A stretch of DNA of 64,000 nt from Octopus vulgaris (taxonomy: Eukaryota), in NCBI GenBank assembly GCA_951406725.2, contig OX597816.1:76136001-76200000 (forward strand), read 5' to 3'. Of this stretch, positions 15,311-29,130 are shown piece by piece (within the stretch, counting starts at the first letter, position 1; every line of letters begins with the position of its first letter). The notes under the pieces were generated by a model. That model was not told where the DNA came from, made no database searches, and saw only the letters and a program-made list of their open reading frames with translations. A program made the translations under genes and the position numbers.

Positions 15311-15536
15311 TTATCTTTTATCCCATTCTTGCGGTGGTCATTTGACTGTGACCATGCTGGGCTTCAGTTAAATAAAGGGTTTTAGTTACCTTGAAGAGTT
15401 TTCTTAATTGAATCGACTCCAGGACATTTATTTTACCGTGTCGTTTGGCGGACTGCTAAGTTACGGGGGCGTAAACACACAAACACCAGTTGTCAAGCGG
15501 TGATGGAGGAACAAACACAGACATACACATAGATAT

Positions 15537-15585
<49 letters not shown>

Positions 15586-15742
15586 ACGGGCTTCTTTCAG
15601 TTTCTATCAAACGCACTCAAAAAACTTTGGTCGGTTCAAAGCTATAGTATAAGACACTTGTTCAAGGGGCCACGCATTGTGACTGAAACCGGAACCATGT
15701 GCTTGGGAAGCAAGTTTATTACCCCGAAACCACGACTGCGCT
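15311..15742 (-). mobile_element. SINE family A, diverged copy
   Basis: Reverse-complement homology to 6478-6898. Confidence 0.8.
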
Positions 15743-15815
15743 TATAAGAAAATAGAGTTGTATATGGTTCAAGCTGGCTATTTCCGGATTCGTTTCGTAA
15801 GTGGGGCGAGTTGAA

Positions 15816-15858
15816 GATACCGATGAACAACAGAAACTGTGAAATATCGATATCTGTC
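15816..15858 (+). ncRNA. Hammerhead-like motif with CCGATGA (U4C) core
   Basis: gata-CCGATGA-ACAacagaaacTGT-GAAA-TATCGATA-TC^-tgtc, with the 10-nt palindrome ATATCGATAT as helix III. Confidence 0.55.
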
Positions 15859-16173
15859 GTTCTCGTTGATTTCTTAAAATACTTATATTTCTGGATGGGT
15901 TTGGTGTTTTCTTTTCCGTGTATGCAAACTACCAAATATCTCGAGCAGCTTGTTATTCCCATCTTTCAGAATAATCCTATGGGATGGTTACGTATGCAGA
16001 ACTCCCTATAGCTTAGGATAAATATAGTTATAACAAATTCTTTTTAAAATAGAAATTTATATATTCAGTTAAAGTATTGATACATACGCATACGCCTCTG
16101 TATAACACTAGTGTGTTTGTGACTCTCTTCTCACATCCATATATAAGTTCCTATCCTAAAAGAAATACTTTAT

Positions 16174-16224
<51 letters not shown>

Positions 16225-16227
<3 letters not shown>

Positions 16228-16828
16228 CATAGATATTCAAATGCGAATATTTATAAAGACATTATTATTGTTATTACTATCTGAGGTAAATATAAATTGA
16301 TAATAACAACATTCATATAGGTGGCTGCGTGCGTTAAATAGCGGTAGATACCTATACAATTAACTTTTATACTTATCGTAAGGACACACGAAGCGCGTAC
16401 CTGCTAGACACTGAAAAATCTAACAGATAACAACAGTAGTCGGGCAAACGATATAAAAATAATATCTTTATAAATATTCGGTTTTGAATATTAACACCTT
16501 ATTATAGATATTTTTACACTGAAGTTGTACTCAACTTGACTCGAAACAATTCAGAAGGCCCGCAGACGCCAACGTGACGAGCTGGATTATTCACTTGGTA
16601 AGACTTGCTGAAGAGAGTTCAAGTTTATCACCAAAACTCGAAATCGTAGTATAAGTATATCCCAATACCAAACTATATAGCATTAAACTGTGATATGTCA
16701 TGTTTTTTTTTGCTCGTTTGCCCGACTATTGTTGTTATCTGTTGAATTTCTCAGTGTCATTGATGGTTAAGTTGAGGTTTCTAAGTACACATTATAGCAG
16801 GTTGGCTCTTCGTGTGTCCTTATGATAA
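16225..16828. repeat. Scrambled inverted repeats around a hammerhead
   Basis: Inverted pairs are 16225-16260/16465-16500, 16373-16405/16794-16828 and 16407-16451/16714-16758. Confidence 0.8.
16603..16656 (+). ncRNA. Type-I hammerhead ribozyme motif
   Basis: acttg-CTGAAGA-GAGTT-(15 nt)-AACTC-GAAA-tcgtag-TA^-taagt, with 5-bp helix I and 5-bp helix II. Confidence 0.7.
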
Positions 16829-16830
16829 AC

Positions 16831-16865
<35 letters not shown>

Positions 16866-17816
16866 CACATACACGTATATATGTATGAAGAGAGAGATAG
16901 AGACAGAGAGACAGACATAGATATTGATTGAAAAATAGATAGATAATGCTATTACACAACTCCCCACTCTTATAATAGCCAATACATTCGAGATATGAAC
17001 TAATATATAAAAGAGAAATCATATAGGAAGAACAAATAAAGAAACCAGCGATCATTATATCGTAATGTTGGATGGTAGGACGTGTAGCATAAGGTGAGCT
17101 GAGAATTATGTATTAGAATATTTATAATGACAAGATCTGAGTAGAGGAATAAAACAGCAACAACAATAGAAATAATTAAAGATGGTTTATAGAAATATTG
17201 ATAAGAAATATGTCATTATCAATATTAAAATATATACCCCAGCTTCATTATAAGAGTATCGGGGCATATGTATGTAAGTATGAATATATATATATATACA
17301 CATATATATGTATGTATATACACATATGCATATATATAGCTATATATATACATACATATATATATATATATGTACATTTGTACATATGTATATGTATATA
17401 CATCTATTTATATGTATATATATACATATATATATATATGTATCCATAAATACATATGTGTGTATACATATACATATATATACGCACATACATATGTATA
17501 CATATATGTATATATACATACACACACACATATATATATATATATTTCTATATACAGATGTATATATACATACACACGCATAAACATATATCAGTTAATA
17601 TTTACACATATGCATATACATAAATTCATGCATATACGCTTACACACATGAAGAATACAATACACAAGTTTAACGTGTTGCATCTACACATACATTTAGA
17701 GGTATTGTCCGCTTCTGTAGTATGCCACGAACTTTGCGTCTGATGTTTATGTTTCAAAGGAACACAATAGACTAATAAATTAGTATGTACAGAGTAATCA
17801 CTAATTATCTATACGA

Positions 17817-17867
<51 letters not shown>

Positions 17868-17939
17868 TAGACACACACATACTGATAGAAGGTTAAATAT
17901 CAAAAGCATATCTCACAACACATATCTATCTATCCATCC

Positions 17940-18049
<110 letters not shown>

Positions 18050-18170
18050 ATGTCTGTACATAAGGAAAAGAGAGCGAGGGAGAGGAGAGAAAAAAAGCGA
18101 AGTGAAAGAGCCAACACAAAAACAAAAATTAATGAAACTTAATAATAATAATAATAATAATAATGATAAT

Positions 18171-18723
18171 AAATGCCCTCATGCAGTACCAGACAGTGGC
18201 TCTCGTGGCTTCTGATATTAACTGATTAGAAGTGTTATCATATACATTGTTTTGTCTTGTTATAGATGGGCTACAGCAAATATTCAGCTCAATACCACAG
18301 ATTTGCTTGCCAGTTGTTTGACCTTAACCAGCTGAGCATGTCCCTTAGTGGCTGACGATAAATGCACCTGTGATCATGAGCAGAAGTAGTGGGGGCGTAT
18401 CATAGCCATGTGTTGAAAGGAATTCTTTGAGGTTTGGATAATTCACCTTTCGAAACATAGCTGGTTCGTTCAACATCCTTAAACAATCCTTATTCATGGA
18501 CCTTTTGAGCGAGATGGGCTATTCGACCTGAAGAAAATTCTAACTGGGCTCCACCTTCAAGGTCATGCGCTGTTTATCTTGATATGAGATCACCATGTCG
18601 TGCATATATGGTTGTGATGCATGTGCCTGGTGTACCCTTATCAGACGGGTAGTCATGATGGGGATACTGGGCTTCGTATATTTTACCCCAGTGTCACTTT
18701 GATGGCATGCACTGCTCTCTCAC
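18171..18723 (-). mobile_element. ~550-bp non-coding element embedded in an (AAT)n array
   Basis: A GC-richer block with sharp borders and (AAT)n on both sides. It is single copy in this window, and the strand is inferred. Confidence 0.5.
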
Positions 18724-18771
<48 letters not shown>

Positions 18772-18775
18772 GTAC

Positions 18776-19060
<285 letters not shown>

Positions 19061-19133
19061 TCTTCGACTGAAACTCTTCAAGGCGGTACTCCAGCAAGCT
19101 GCAGACAAATGACTGAAACAAGTAAAAGACAAA

Positions 19134-19177
<44 letters not shown>

Positions 19178-19307
19178 GTATGTGCGTTCGTGTGTGTGCG
19201 TATTTTAACTGTATATGTATGTGTATGTATGTAAATACGTATGTATGTATGTGTGCGTACGTATATATGTGCATGTGTGTGTATGTGAATATTTACACAT
19301 ACATATA

Positions 19308-20132
19308 CAGGGGTTGGACAAAATAATGGAAACACCTTAAAATTTCAAACAAATTTAATTTAATATGGGGTAGGACCGCCTCTGGCAGTATTAAACAACT
19401 TGAATACTATGAGATATGGACTTGTAGAAAGTTTGAATTGTTTCCAAAGGAATATTTTCCCATTCTTCAGCTAGAACAGTCTCCAGTTCTTGTAGTGGTG
19501 ATGGTGGAGGATATCGACTCCTTACTTGCTTTTCTAAAATGCACCATAAATGTTCAATAATGTTGAGATCTGGGGACTGTGGTGACCAGATAAGATGTTC
19601 AACTTCACTAGAACGTTCCTCGTGCCATTCAATATCAATTTAGCCACGTGAATTGGTGTATTATCATCCTGAAAGATTGCGTTTCTCTCCATAGGATGAA
19701 TTTGATCAGATAAAGTACTTTTGTGACCCTTTCTAACAATTCGCGTAAGAATCCGACGGTCCCTTCTAAAAGCTTTGATTTTCTTCCGGAGTTTTGTTTC
19801 GACAAGGAGGTTTTTCCTTCTTTCTCAAAGGCTGTCATTACTTTCAAGACGGCACTTCTTGATACACCAAACATTTCGGCTGTTTCCGTTAGCTAGCGCC
19901 TGCCATATGAACACCAACAATTTGACCTGTTTGAAAGTCAGACAGATCTGTCCTTTTAATGAATATCTGATGATATCTGAAAAGAAACAACAAATTTTAG
20001 CAAAACATATTAAAGCAACACTAATAATAAATCGAAAAACATAAAAATAAACAAGCTTTTGACGGTTTTATAGATATTTCAAAATTATGATGCTATGTTG
20101 CTAGGTGTTTCCATTATTTTGTCCAACCCCTG
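19308..20132 (-). mobile_element. Internally deleted Tc1 (DD34E-type) transposon, 825 bp
   Basis: TIRs CAGGGGTTGGACAAAATAATGGAAACACCT occur at both ends with TA flanks. The minus strand encodes ...MFGVSRSAVLKVMTAFEKEGKTS..GRKSKL, then jumps to FQDDN...WSPQSPDLNIIEHLW. Confidence 0.93.
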
Positions 20133-21034
20133 TATATTTCACGAATGTTTTCTGTTTCATATTTCTTATTCTATTGCAGAATATTGCAGAATAGAAAAAA
20201 AATCCATCATTATATTTTGTTGTCTGATTTTTCGTTTTTCTCTTTAAGCTGCAGAAATGTTAGACTAAGAAAAGTATTGATAAGTTAAGTAGAAATTTCA
20301 AAACCGGATTCTCAGTGCTTATAGTATTTGAATATTAACGATATCTTTCCATTATTATATTGATTTCAGGAAAGATATCTTAAATTCACTTGGATTTTAT
20401 TTACATTTTTAAAGAAAATATTTTAAACTGTTGCTTATTTCATTTTGAGAACTGTATTTCTCTATTGAAATAACCAAGCATATGATTTTATGAAATATTG
20501 AAAAACTACAACGTCAAAAAAAAAAAAAAAAAATAATAATATGAAGAAAAACACCACAGCTTAATCATCTAAGTGTCAAACTTTTAGTGGATTATATTGA
20601 TTGGGGTTTAAGACTTCTTAATATTTTTGTGCTGAAAATATCCGAGAAATTGTCTCTGGGTGAAAGGACCGGTTGATAAAAGTGATATAATATTTAAAAG
20701 TCGATTGATATATACACTCAGATGTAGAACTCTCATTTATTCTCAGGTAACAAGATCTCTTTGCCACATATTTTGACGTCAAAGAGAGGAGGAGAAATGC
20801 GACTTGGCTTATGTTTTCATGCAACGATTAGGCAAATACTATACATTAGTATACCGCTCCATGTTTTCAATAGATGCAGGCATAGCGTATTTTTATTTCG
20901 TAATCACGTGGTTCCGGTTTGAATCCCATTCTCACTGAGTGGCATCTTTGGTAAAATGTTGAGCTGTGAGTGAAACTTGATAAATGCAAACTATGTAAAA
21001 ACTCTCATCGTGCATACAACTTAGATATTCCAAG

Positions 21035-22602
21035 TTACGGATATAGTATGTATTTATATTCTGTTTAAGTTAGGGAGTGAGTTTCCGGAGCTTGCTGGGG
21101 GTTTATACCGAGATGATTCCTTGTTCACCGTTAGGAATGTTTCTAATAGGAAATTAGATCTATATAGAAAGGAATTTCACTGGTTTTTAAAATGTAATTT
21201 CGGTTTATCTATCACCACAGAAAATGTACCAGAATCTATTAACCTTCTCGATATTAACTTTATTCTGATTACTGGTATTTACGAACCTTATCATAAGCCT
21301 AACTCTAATCTGAAATATATTAATTCAGAAAGTAATCATCCAGGCTGAGTTAAAAAATTTCTAATTTACAATATTTCTAGGAGAATTTCTGCCTTATTTT
21401 CATGTAAGGAAGATTTTGATAAGAATGCTGATCATTATAATATAACCCTTAATAAGTCTAGTTACAATAGGGAAATTGAATACTTTGATATCTCTAGCAC
21501 TGGTTATACTGATCAATCGAATCTTACTAGGCGCAAGAGTTGCTATGTGGTAAGTAGCTTGATTACCAATCACATGGTTCCGGGTTCAGTCCCACTGCGT
21601 GGCACCTTGAGCAAATGTCTTCTACTATAGCCTTGGGCCGACCAAAGTCTTGTGAGTGGATTTGGTAGACGGAAACTGAAAGAAGCCCGTCGTATATATG
21701 TATATAAATGTATACATGTGTGTGTGTGCTTGTGTGTCTGTGTTTGTCTAGCCAACATCGCTTCACAACCGATGCTGGTGTATTTACGTCCACATAACTT
21801 AGCGGTTCGGCAAAAGAGACCGATAGAATAAGTACTGGGCTTACAAAGAATAAGTCCTAGGATCGATTTACTCGACTAAAGGCGGTGCTCCAGCATGGCC
21901 GCAGTCAAATGACTGAAACAAGTAAAACAGTAAAAGAGAATGGATATGGATTTGATTTTAAAATGCTCTAAATCTAAACAGAGGAGTGTATATGGATCTG
22001 GAAATGCACATAAGAACAAAGAGAATAATCCTTTAACTCCAGTTGCTAATGTTCATAAATATAAATGGAATTACGTGCTAAAAGGCAATAATTCTAAGTT
22101 GGTCTATAAGGTTAATAATTTAGGTCATTCTAATTTAGTTCTGGACAAGAATAACATTATAAGGCATATTATTCCATTTGCCAGTAAAGTAACTTAGTTG
22201 GTGCTGTTTATAGATTGTTTTTGAAACATTTTGATAAAAAAAAGTAGACACTATGAGATTCTGAATCCGAGATCCCTTAAGATTACTTTTTCGGTTTCTC
22301 GGAATCTATCTTAGATTATATCTTCTATTAATGAAAAGAAATTATTTGGTTTTTATCATCGTGTTAGCTCAGTTAATGTTAGCAAGATCGATTCCTTGGA
22401 TGCTAATGTTATTGATTTTTCCATTAGCCAGTGTGGTAGTAATGGTTTTGATTCAAATATAAGTTTTAGTAATAATGAGGAGGGTAGTTATTTGCTTAAT
22501 AATAATTCAATAGTTGAAAGCACGAGTAGGGATGGAAATTCCCTTTGTGATTGTAGAAACAAAGAAAATTCTTTGGAAATTTTGCTAAACGTAAAGAAGT
22601 AG
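21035..22602 (+). mobile_element. Penelope-like element remnant 1 (RT core, thumb and linker; YRDD type)
   Basis: Fragments read GGLYRDD (YRDD at 21106-21117), INLLDINF, YEPYHKPNSNLKYINSESNHP, ISRRIS, then PFASKV..LFLKHFDK..ILNPRSLKITFS and LCDCRNK (CxC linker). It is split by SINE A and carries stops and frameshifts. Confidence 0.85.
21530..21938 (+). mobile_element. SINE family A inserted into a Penelope-like element
   Basis: Full-length homology to 6478-6898; PLE-like coding remnants lie on both sides. Confidence 0.9.
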
Positions 22603-23885
22603 TTTATCACGCTAAATACATTTCTGAGACTAATATTTACTTTCATTTTGGTTCTTACGCGAATTATATTAAGAAAAGGGTTTCGAATCATTATCATTCC
22701 TTTAGGAACAGATATAGGGCTTCTAGCAGTCTTAGTAATTTCATCTGGAATCTTAAAGATCATAATAAAATGTTCTAGAAGATTGGTAAAAAAGTTCTGT
22801 TCCCTTTGTTCTGAAGAATTATTTTTTAATCGTTTTAAATACTTTCGTGGGTATTATTCTAAGATCCCTGTAGTAGTGTCAACTGTGTTGAAGCATTCAA
22901 AAGAGGTTTATATTTTGCAATATGTTAATGCGGCTATTTTAGGTTGCATTGTTCCTAAATTTAGAGAGGGGAATATTCTAAAGTTGGGTTGCTCATTAGT
23001 GACTCAAATGTCGACGTGTTCATTTGATGCTATTTTCTGTTTTCCGGTATTTTAATCTGGGGTCTATGTACAGTCATGCTCTGGCGTAGACTGTTTTTAG
23101 TTTGACCAATGTATTGCTCTCGACACCCTGGGCAAGTTAACACATATTCAGGTTTTCCGAAGCACATGTGAAGTTGTTTTTCACAGAAAAACGTTGACCC
23201 TGTTCGAAGGAGAACTCTGATCGCTCAATTAGTTTGACGCATATACCACAGGGCCTGTGTTAGAATACTTTTCATTGACTTGGGTCGTCTAGTGCTCGTT
23301 ATGATGGTATGCATTTGGAGGATTTGATTCATTCTATGGTCCCTTTTTAATAAAGGAATGTTCTAGAGGATGGTGTCGACGGCCTCATTGTTTAGAGGTT
23401 TGTGTGTGGATATGTATTGTGGGGCTTTTAGTTGTAATTCATTCTTTAGATTGGGATATCTGAATTCATGGATATTGAGTTGTAGGGCACGTTCGAAACC
23501 TATATGAATTAAGGATGGTGGATAATTCTTGCTGATAGTGTAACTTTTAGCTCATGTAGTCGTGTGTCCTTGGTGTTTTATTCATTTACTATAGTGGTTT
23601 TTTGGGCATGTTGAAAGAGATATTAATTCTAGTGTGCCTGATGTGGCATGGGTTGAATGGTATATATTGCTTGGCGTCAGTGTTCTTACACTATATGTCA
23701 GTTTTTCTGTTAAATTTCTTATTGAACATGTCGAGGAATAGAAGCTGTTGATGGCTATATTCCTTCGTAAATTGAATGTTTATTTCAAGTCCATTTAAAA
23801 GTGCTTAAAATTCTTTCTCTTCATATTTTGATGCCAAAGAATGAAGCAGTCATCTAGATAACACTTCCGGTAATTTTCTTATTTG
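22603..23885 (-). mobile_element. Penelope-like element remnant 2 (RT YLDD to GIY-YIG)
   Basis: The minus strand reads YLDDCFILW (YLDD at 23849-23860), IQFTKEYSHQQLLFLD, TDI*CKNTDAKQYIPFNPCH..HTRINISFN, and near 23000 RKIASNEHVDI..PNFRIFP (GIY-YIG C-terminal region). The left boundary is approximate. Confidence 0.8.
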
Positions 23886-24007
23886 AAAAAGTTGAAAAGT
23901 GAGAAACCGGTACTAACCATTACTAAATGTATTTCATGATAAACTTATTTTAGCATTTTCTATCATGTCTTATTTTCCCTATTTATCGATATGAACTTTT
24001 TACATAA

Positions 24008-24053
<46 letters not shown>

Positions 24054-24250
24054 ATATATATACACATACATACATACATACACACACATATATATACATA
24101 CATATATTCATACATACACACACACATATATATATATGCATATATACATACACATATATTTATATAAATACCTATATATATATATACTTATGGAAAATAT
24201 TTTCTTGTATACATACGTATATAATATATAATATATATAATATAAATAAA

Positions 24251-24290
<40 letters not shown>

Positions 24291-24643
24291 TTGTATTTGT
24301 GTATGTCTGTGAACTGTCCATATATGCATGCTTGTGTGTTTGTACATATTTACTCTATGTCTTGCTTTCCGATATATGTACATCAAGTATATAGATGTAC
24401 TTTCTAACAAAACAATTAGGAACATTTACTTGACATGTCATTAAATATGATTATTCCAGTTATAACATCAAAGATAGTTTCCCTTCATGTTTGTCAAGTC
24501 AATAACAGATATCGATGTAGACTACTTTTGAAGATATATCAATGCGCAACAATTCATATACTTTCGCACACACAGATACACACACTCACGCAAATATGTG
24601 TGTATTCTTATGTATATATATGTATATTTTATATAGATATAGA

Positions 24644-24682
<39 letters not shown>

Positions 24683-24711
24683 ATAATATAATATATATAT
24701 ATATATATATA

Positions 24712-24802
<91 letters not shown>

Positions 24803-24849
24803 TATACATACATATATATATATACATATATATATATATACATACATAC

Positions 24850-24880
<31 letters not shown>

Positions 24881-24896
24881 ATATATATATATATAA

Positions 24897-24989
<93 letters not shown>

Positions 24990-25077
24990 TATATACATAG
25001 GTATATATATGTATATATATATATAATACATAGGTATATATATGTATATATATATATATATATAAAACTTACGTATA

Positions 25078-25110
<33 letters not shown>

Positions 25111-25111
25111 G

Positions 25112-25415
25112 AAGGGTAAGGGTAAAGACCACTTTGAATGACCATGGGATGGTACCAAGAAAGTTACCCTTCGAGGCACAAGTACAAGCATGGTTGTTTA
25201 TGGAAGGCCACCAGCTGCCCATGCATACAAGCCTCCCTTCTCCACGCCACTGATGTTGTCCAAAGGAAACTCAAAGCCCAATACATCTTGGCACCAGTGA
25301 CGGCTGAACTTATTTCCACAGAAGAAGTTAACTGGAGCAACGTGAAATAAAGTGTCTTGCCCAAGAACACAACACATAGCCCGGTCCGGAAATCAAACTC
25401 ACTACTCCATGACCC
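25112..25415 (-). mobile_element. SINE family B, diverged copy
   Basis: Colinear homology to 9685-10020. Confidence 0.8.
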
Positions 25416-25765
25416 TTCATAAATATATATATGATTATATACATACATGCATACATGCATGCGTACATACATACATTCATGCATACATACATACATATCG
25501 CAGGGGCTACTCTTCCTGTCAATGCTATTGTTATCCTCTAATATGTACACATGCATTGCATTTTGCTGGTATGATTCCTGCTTCTCCTCCATGTTTTTTT
25601 AGGTAAGTCAGTCCAGCCTCTTTTAAGTTGTACGAGACACTTGTATACATTGAGTTCCAGCTCTGTAGTTCTTCCCACTTTTGGGTATGCATACATTATA
25701 CTCAATTCTTTCTTTACTGTTCATCAGGTTATGTCTGAGTGACACAATGCGCCATTCAAAGGCTG

Positions 25766-26098
25766 TTTGGGCAAGTGTCTTCTACTATAGCCTCGGGCCG
25801 ACAAAATCCTTCTGAGTGGATTTGGTAGACGGAAACTGAAAGAAGCCCGTCGTATATATGTATATATATATATATGTATATGTATGTGTGTGTGTGTTTG
25901 TGTGTCTGTGTTTGTCCCCCTAGCATTGCTTGACAACCGATGCTGGTGTGTTTATGTCCCCGTCACTTAGCGGTTCGGCAAAAGAGACCGATGGAATAAG
26001 TACTGGGCTTAGAAAGAATTAGTCCCGGGGTCGAGTTGCTCGATTAAAGGTGGTGCTCTTGCATGGCCTCAGTCAAATGACTGAAACAAGTAAAGAGA
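25766..26098 (+). mobile_element. SINE family A, 5'-truncated
   Basis: Begins at ttgggcaagtgtcttctactatagc and is highly similar to the 6478 copy thereafter. Confidence 0.9.
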
Positions 26099-26644
26099 GA
26101 GATATTCTCACACACATTCGTTATATATATGCAACAGAAGCAATATTTCATTAAAATTCTGGTTCTGTGTATGACACTTAATGCAAATTTATAATGGAAA
26201 GCAAATTAACTGTGGTATTCGTCCGGAGATAATATCCCGTATTGATTTTCTCTATTTAAAACACAAATATATGAATACCAGAAGAAAATTACCCAGCAGT
26301 GGGGGTGAGAATACCAGATGCGCATTTCTATCTGGGTGGGTTTTGTCAGTAGCAAATACTCTATGCTTTCAACTGCATGCTCAGACAAAATTAGTTGCAA
26401 GGAAAACCTGGGCTTGACAAACTAATGCTTTGGAAAGAAGAATACAATTATTGGAATTATTTAGAGGAGTGTTCATGCATTCGTATTAGAAGGTTTCCTC
26501 CTGTTTACACTGGTGGTTCTAGTAGTGAAGTTTATGGTGCAACTTCCGTGCACTTTGACGCAAGGTGTATTAAATTAATGAAACACCTATTCATAAAGTG
26601 TAAGAGAACTCTAGCAACGTTGAAAATACATTTAAATTAAGCTG

Positions 26645-26980
26645 AAGAATATATCATATACCTAGTGTGCAGTGCTGTTTTATATACTATCCTGCCTAGT
26701 CAAGGATTTTCGTGCATGGTTATAATAATGAGCAGCATCGTTAAAGAATTTACTATCAAAAGATTAACTGGCTATACCTTTACTAATATCATTTACTAAT
26801 TTTTAAGGATTATTGGAGAAATGTTGGAGTAATATTAGAGTAATATCTTGTTAGGTTGTAGGAGAACGGTTATATGTCAGAAATTAACTCTGTTTCGATC
26901 CGTATATACTTGAGGTCTTTAAGTCAAACTCTATGAAAACAGATGTACTTATTCTAAACAGCATTTATTGAGGGTGATTT
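26645..26980 (+). mobile_element. Very decayed GIY-YIG-like PLE fragment
   Basis: Only broken motifs remain (IIY.C, YN..SF, terminal NRC..KQHLL). It lies upstream of a PLE-type terminus. Confidence 0.3.
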
Positions 26981-27754
26981 AATTAATAGGCTATCATCCT
27001 AACAGAGGTCGAAATTTTCAAAGCAAAGTATTTTACAAATTAAGTAATATAAATGCAATCATCAATTCACAAACTTTAGCCCTATCATATGATTCTATGG
27101 TTAGATAAAACAATTCCTGGTCATCATCGAATAATTTTAAACAGCTATCACATTCAACTGATATATCTTAGTATGAATATCTGAATCACAAACTGGAATA
27201 TTTTCTGTATCAAATTGTTTGTCGCAAGAGTATAGAGAGCTATACTCTTGTAAGAGTATATCGTACCAAACTGGAGCGAGGAAACATCACATGAATAAAA
27301 GTATATCGCATGTTCTGTGCGAGAGAAGTGTAGAGAAGTGTAAAGATGAATGTGTGGCGCATTTTCTGACGGTCTTTCAGAATCAAAACTGAACAATTAC
27401 TTATATTTCAATGTGTGTATGAATAATTTTGCTTATATTGTGTGATGCCGCTTCCCTACATATATCGTTGGACATTCGATAAAATGAAACCTGTGTTTGA
27501 TTCAAGAAGCTATGTCATTTATTCTCTCTCTTTCTCTCTATCGTTGGATAACATACGTGCTTTTCTCGGATTATTCTTTGCCCTCACTCTGAACTTCCTC
27601 CTCCTTCCTCTCTTTGAAAAATAGTCATGCCCGAAAAAGTTTTAAGCTTTCCCTGAGCGCCAGTCTAATACATTTATTGTGTACGTCCTCTTGCTTTTTG
27701 TCGTTTTTCCTGTTTTAGTTTTTGATTTCCCTATATATATATTTATATATAGAT

Positions 27755-27945
27755 TATGTAGACTCATTTACATATCTTTGTAGTAAAGTGAATTCGAGCG
27801 TTTCCCTTGATGATGAAATCATTAATCGTCTTCCAAAGGCAACCAACGCATTTGGCACACTCATCATCGCCTACAGAATGAAAGGGGCATTAAACATGAC
27901 ACCAAAATACAGGTCTATAAAGTTGCCATTCATACTACTATATAT
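27755..27945 (+). mobile_element. RTE-clade LINE RT C-terminal fragment
   Basis: YVDSFTYLCSKVNSSVSLDDEIINRLPKATNAFG, then frameshifted NERGIKHDTKIQVYK, matching the RTE 'FTYLGS...EI..R..KA..AFG.L...TKI.VY' pattern. Confidence 0.8.
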
Positions 27946-28128
27946 ATACATGCATACATAGGCCGAAAAAATTCCATAATCCTGAAGGAGTCGGGTTCCT
28001 ATTAGAGGCCGGCGGACTTGAAGTTGCACAGAACCGAATCACACTATTGTAAATAATAATATATCAATATATAAATGTGTTGAGTACCCTTTTCGTTCAT
28101 TTGTCCACACACACACACACACGCACGC

Positions 28129-28175
<47 letters not shown>

Positions 28176-28291
28176 AAGTAAATCCCCCATATATATATAA
28201 AGAAAAAACGAAGAACAAACACAAAACAAGCAAGCGATGACGTGGGTACATGAGAAGTATTAGCAGACGCTCAGGGAAGGAAAGAAAGATG

Positions 28292-28326
28292 GTTTAACGT
28301 TTCGAGCAGAGCTCTTCTTCAGAAAC
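28292..28326 (-). ncRNA. Minimal hammerhead motif (no helix III, palindromic AACGTT)
   Basis: gttt-CTGAAGA-a-GAGCtctGCTC-GAAA-CG-TT^-aaac. Confidence 0.7.
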
Positions 28327-28631
28327 AGAGGAAAGTTCAATAGAAAAGAAAGGCGGAGGAAGACAATCGCCAACGATTCATATGTGGTTATATTTTGAAG
28401 GACTGTTACATTCTGAAAGACCATCAGAAAATACGCTACACATTCATCTGTACACTTCTCTACACTTCTCTATACTTCTCTCGCACAGAACATGCGATAT
28501 GCTTTATTCACGTGATATTTCCACGCCACAGTTTGGTACGATAGCTCTCTATACTCCTTTAACTAAAACTTTGATATAGACTATATTCCAGTTTGTAATT
28601 CGGATACACACACACGCATCCACAACATACT

Positions 28632-28820
28632 CTCTTTAATCTTTTATTTTGTTTCAGTCATTTGGCTGTGGCCATGCTGGGGCACCGCCTTTAGTCGAGG
28701 AAATCGACCCCAGGATACCTAGTACTTATTCTATCGGCCTCTTTTGCTGAACCGCTAAGTTACGGGGACGTAAACACACCACCATCGGTTGGAAAAACTG
28801 ACACACAAACATATACACAC

Positions 28821-28877
<57 letters not shown>

Positions 28878-29040
28878 CGACGGTCTTCTTTCCGTTTCCA
28901 TATACCAAATCCACTCACAAGGATTTGGTCGCCCTGAGGCTATAGTAGAAGACACTTGCCCAAGGCGCCACGCAGTGGGACTGAACCCGGAGCCATGTGG
29001 TTCGTAAGCAAGATACTTACCACACAGCCACTCCTACGCC
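28632..29040 (-). mobile_element. SINE family A
   Basis: Reverse-complement homology including head and tail. Confidence 0.88.
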
Positions 29041-29087
29041 TATATATATAGATTGACGCTAAATCTAATTGTTTTCTCCCTTTGCTT

Positions 29088-29130
29088 ACTCATTCTGATT
29101 GAAGCGCGTAGGCTCGAAACGTAAAAGAGT
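29088..29130 (+). ncRNA. Decayed minimal hammerhead motif of the same terminal family
   Basis: actcatt-CTGATTGA-agcgcgtaggctc-GAAA-CG-TA^-aaagagt, with one extra core base and mismatches. Confidence 0.55.

Larger units (their letters stand above)
27177..28606. repeat. Diverged long-range inverted pair of PLE-type termini
   Basis: 27177-27385 is the reverse complement of 28409-28606, and 27590-27725 is a diverged reverse complement of 28195-28350. Confidence 0.7.

Noticed and set aside
22648-23055. 135-aa + strand ORF
   Set aside because: It is antisense to the Penelope remnant and has no domain features.
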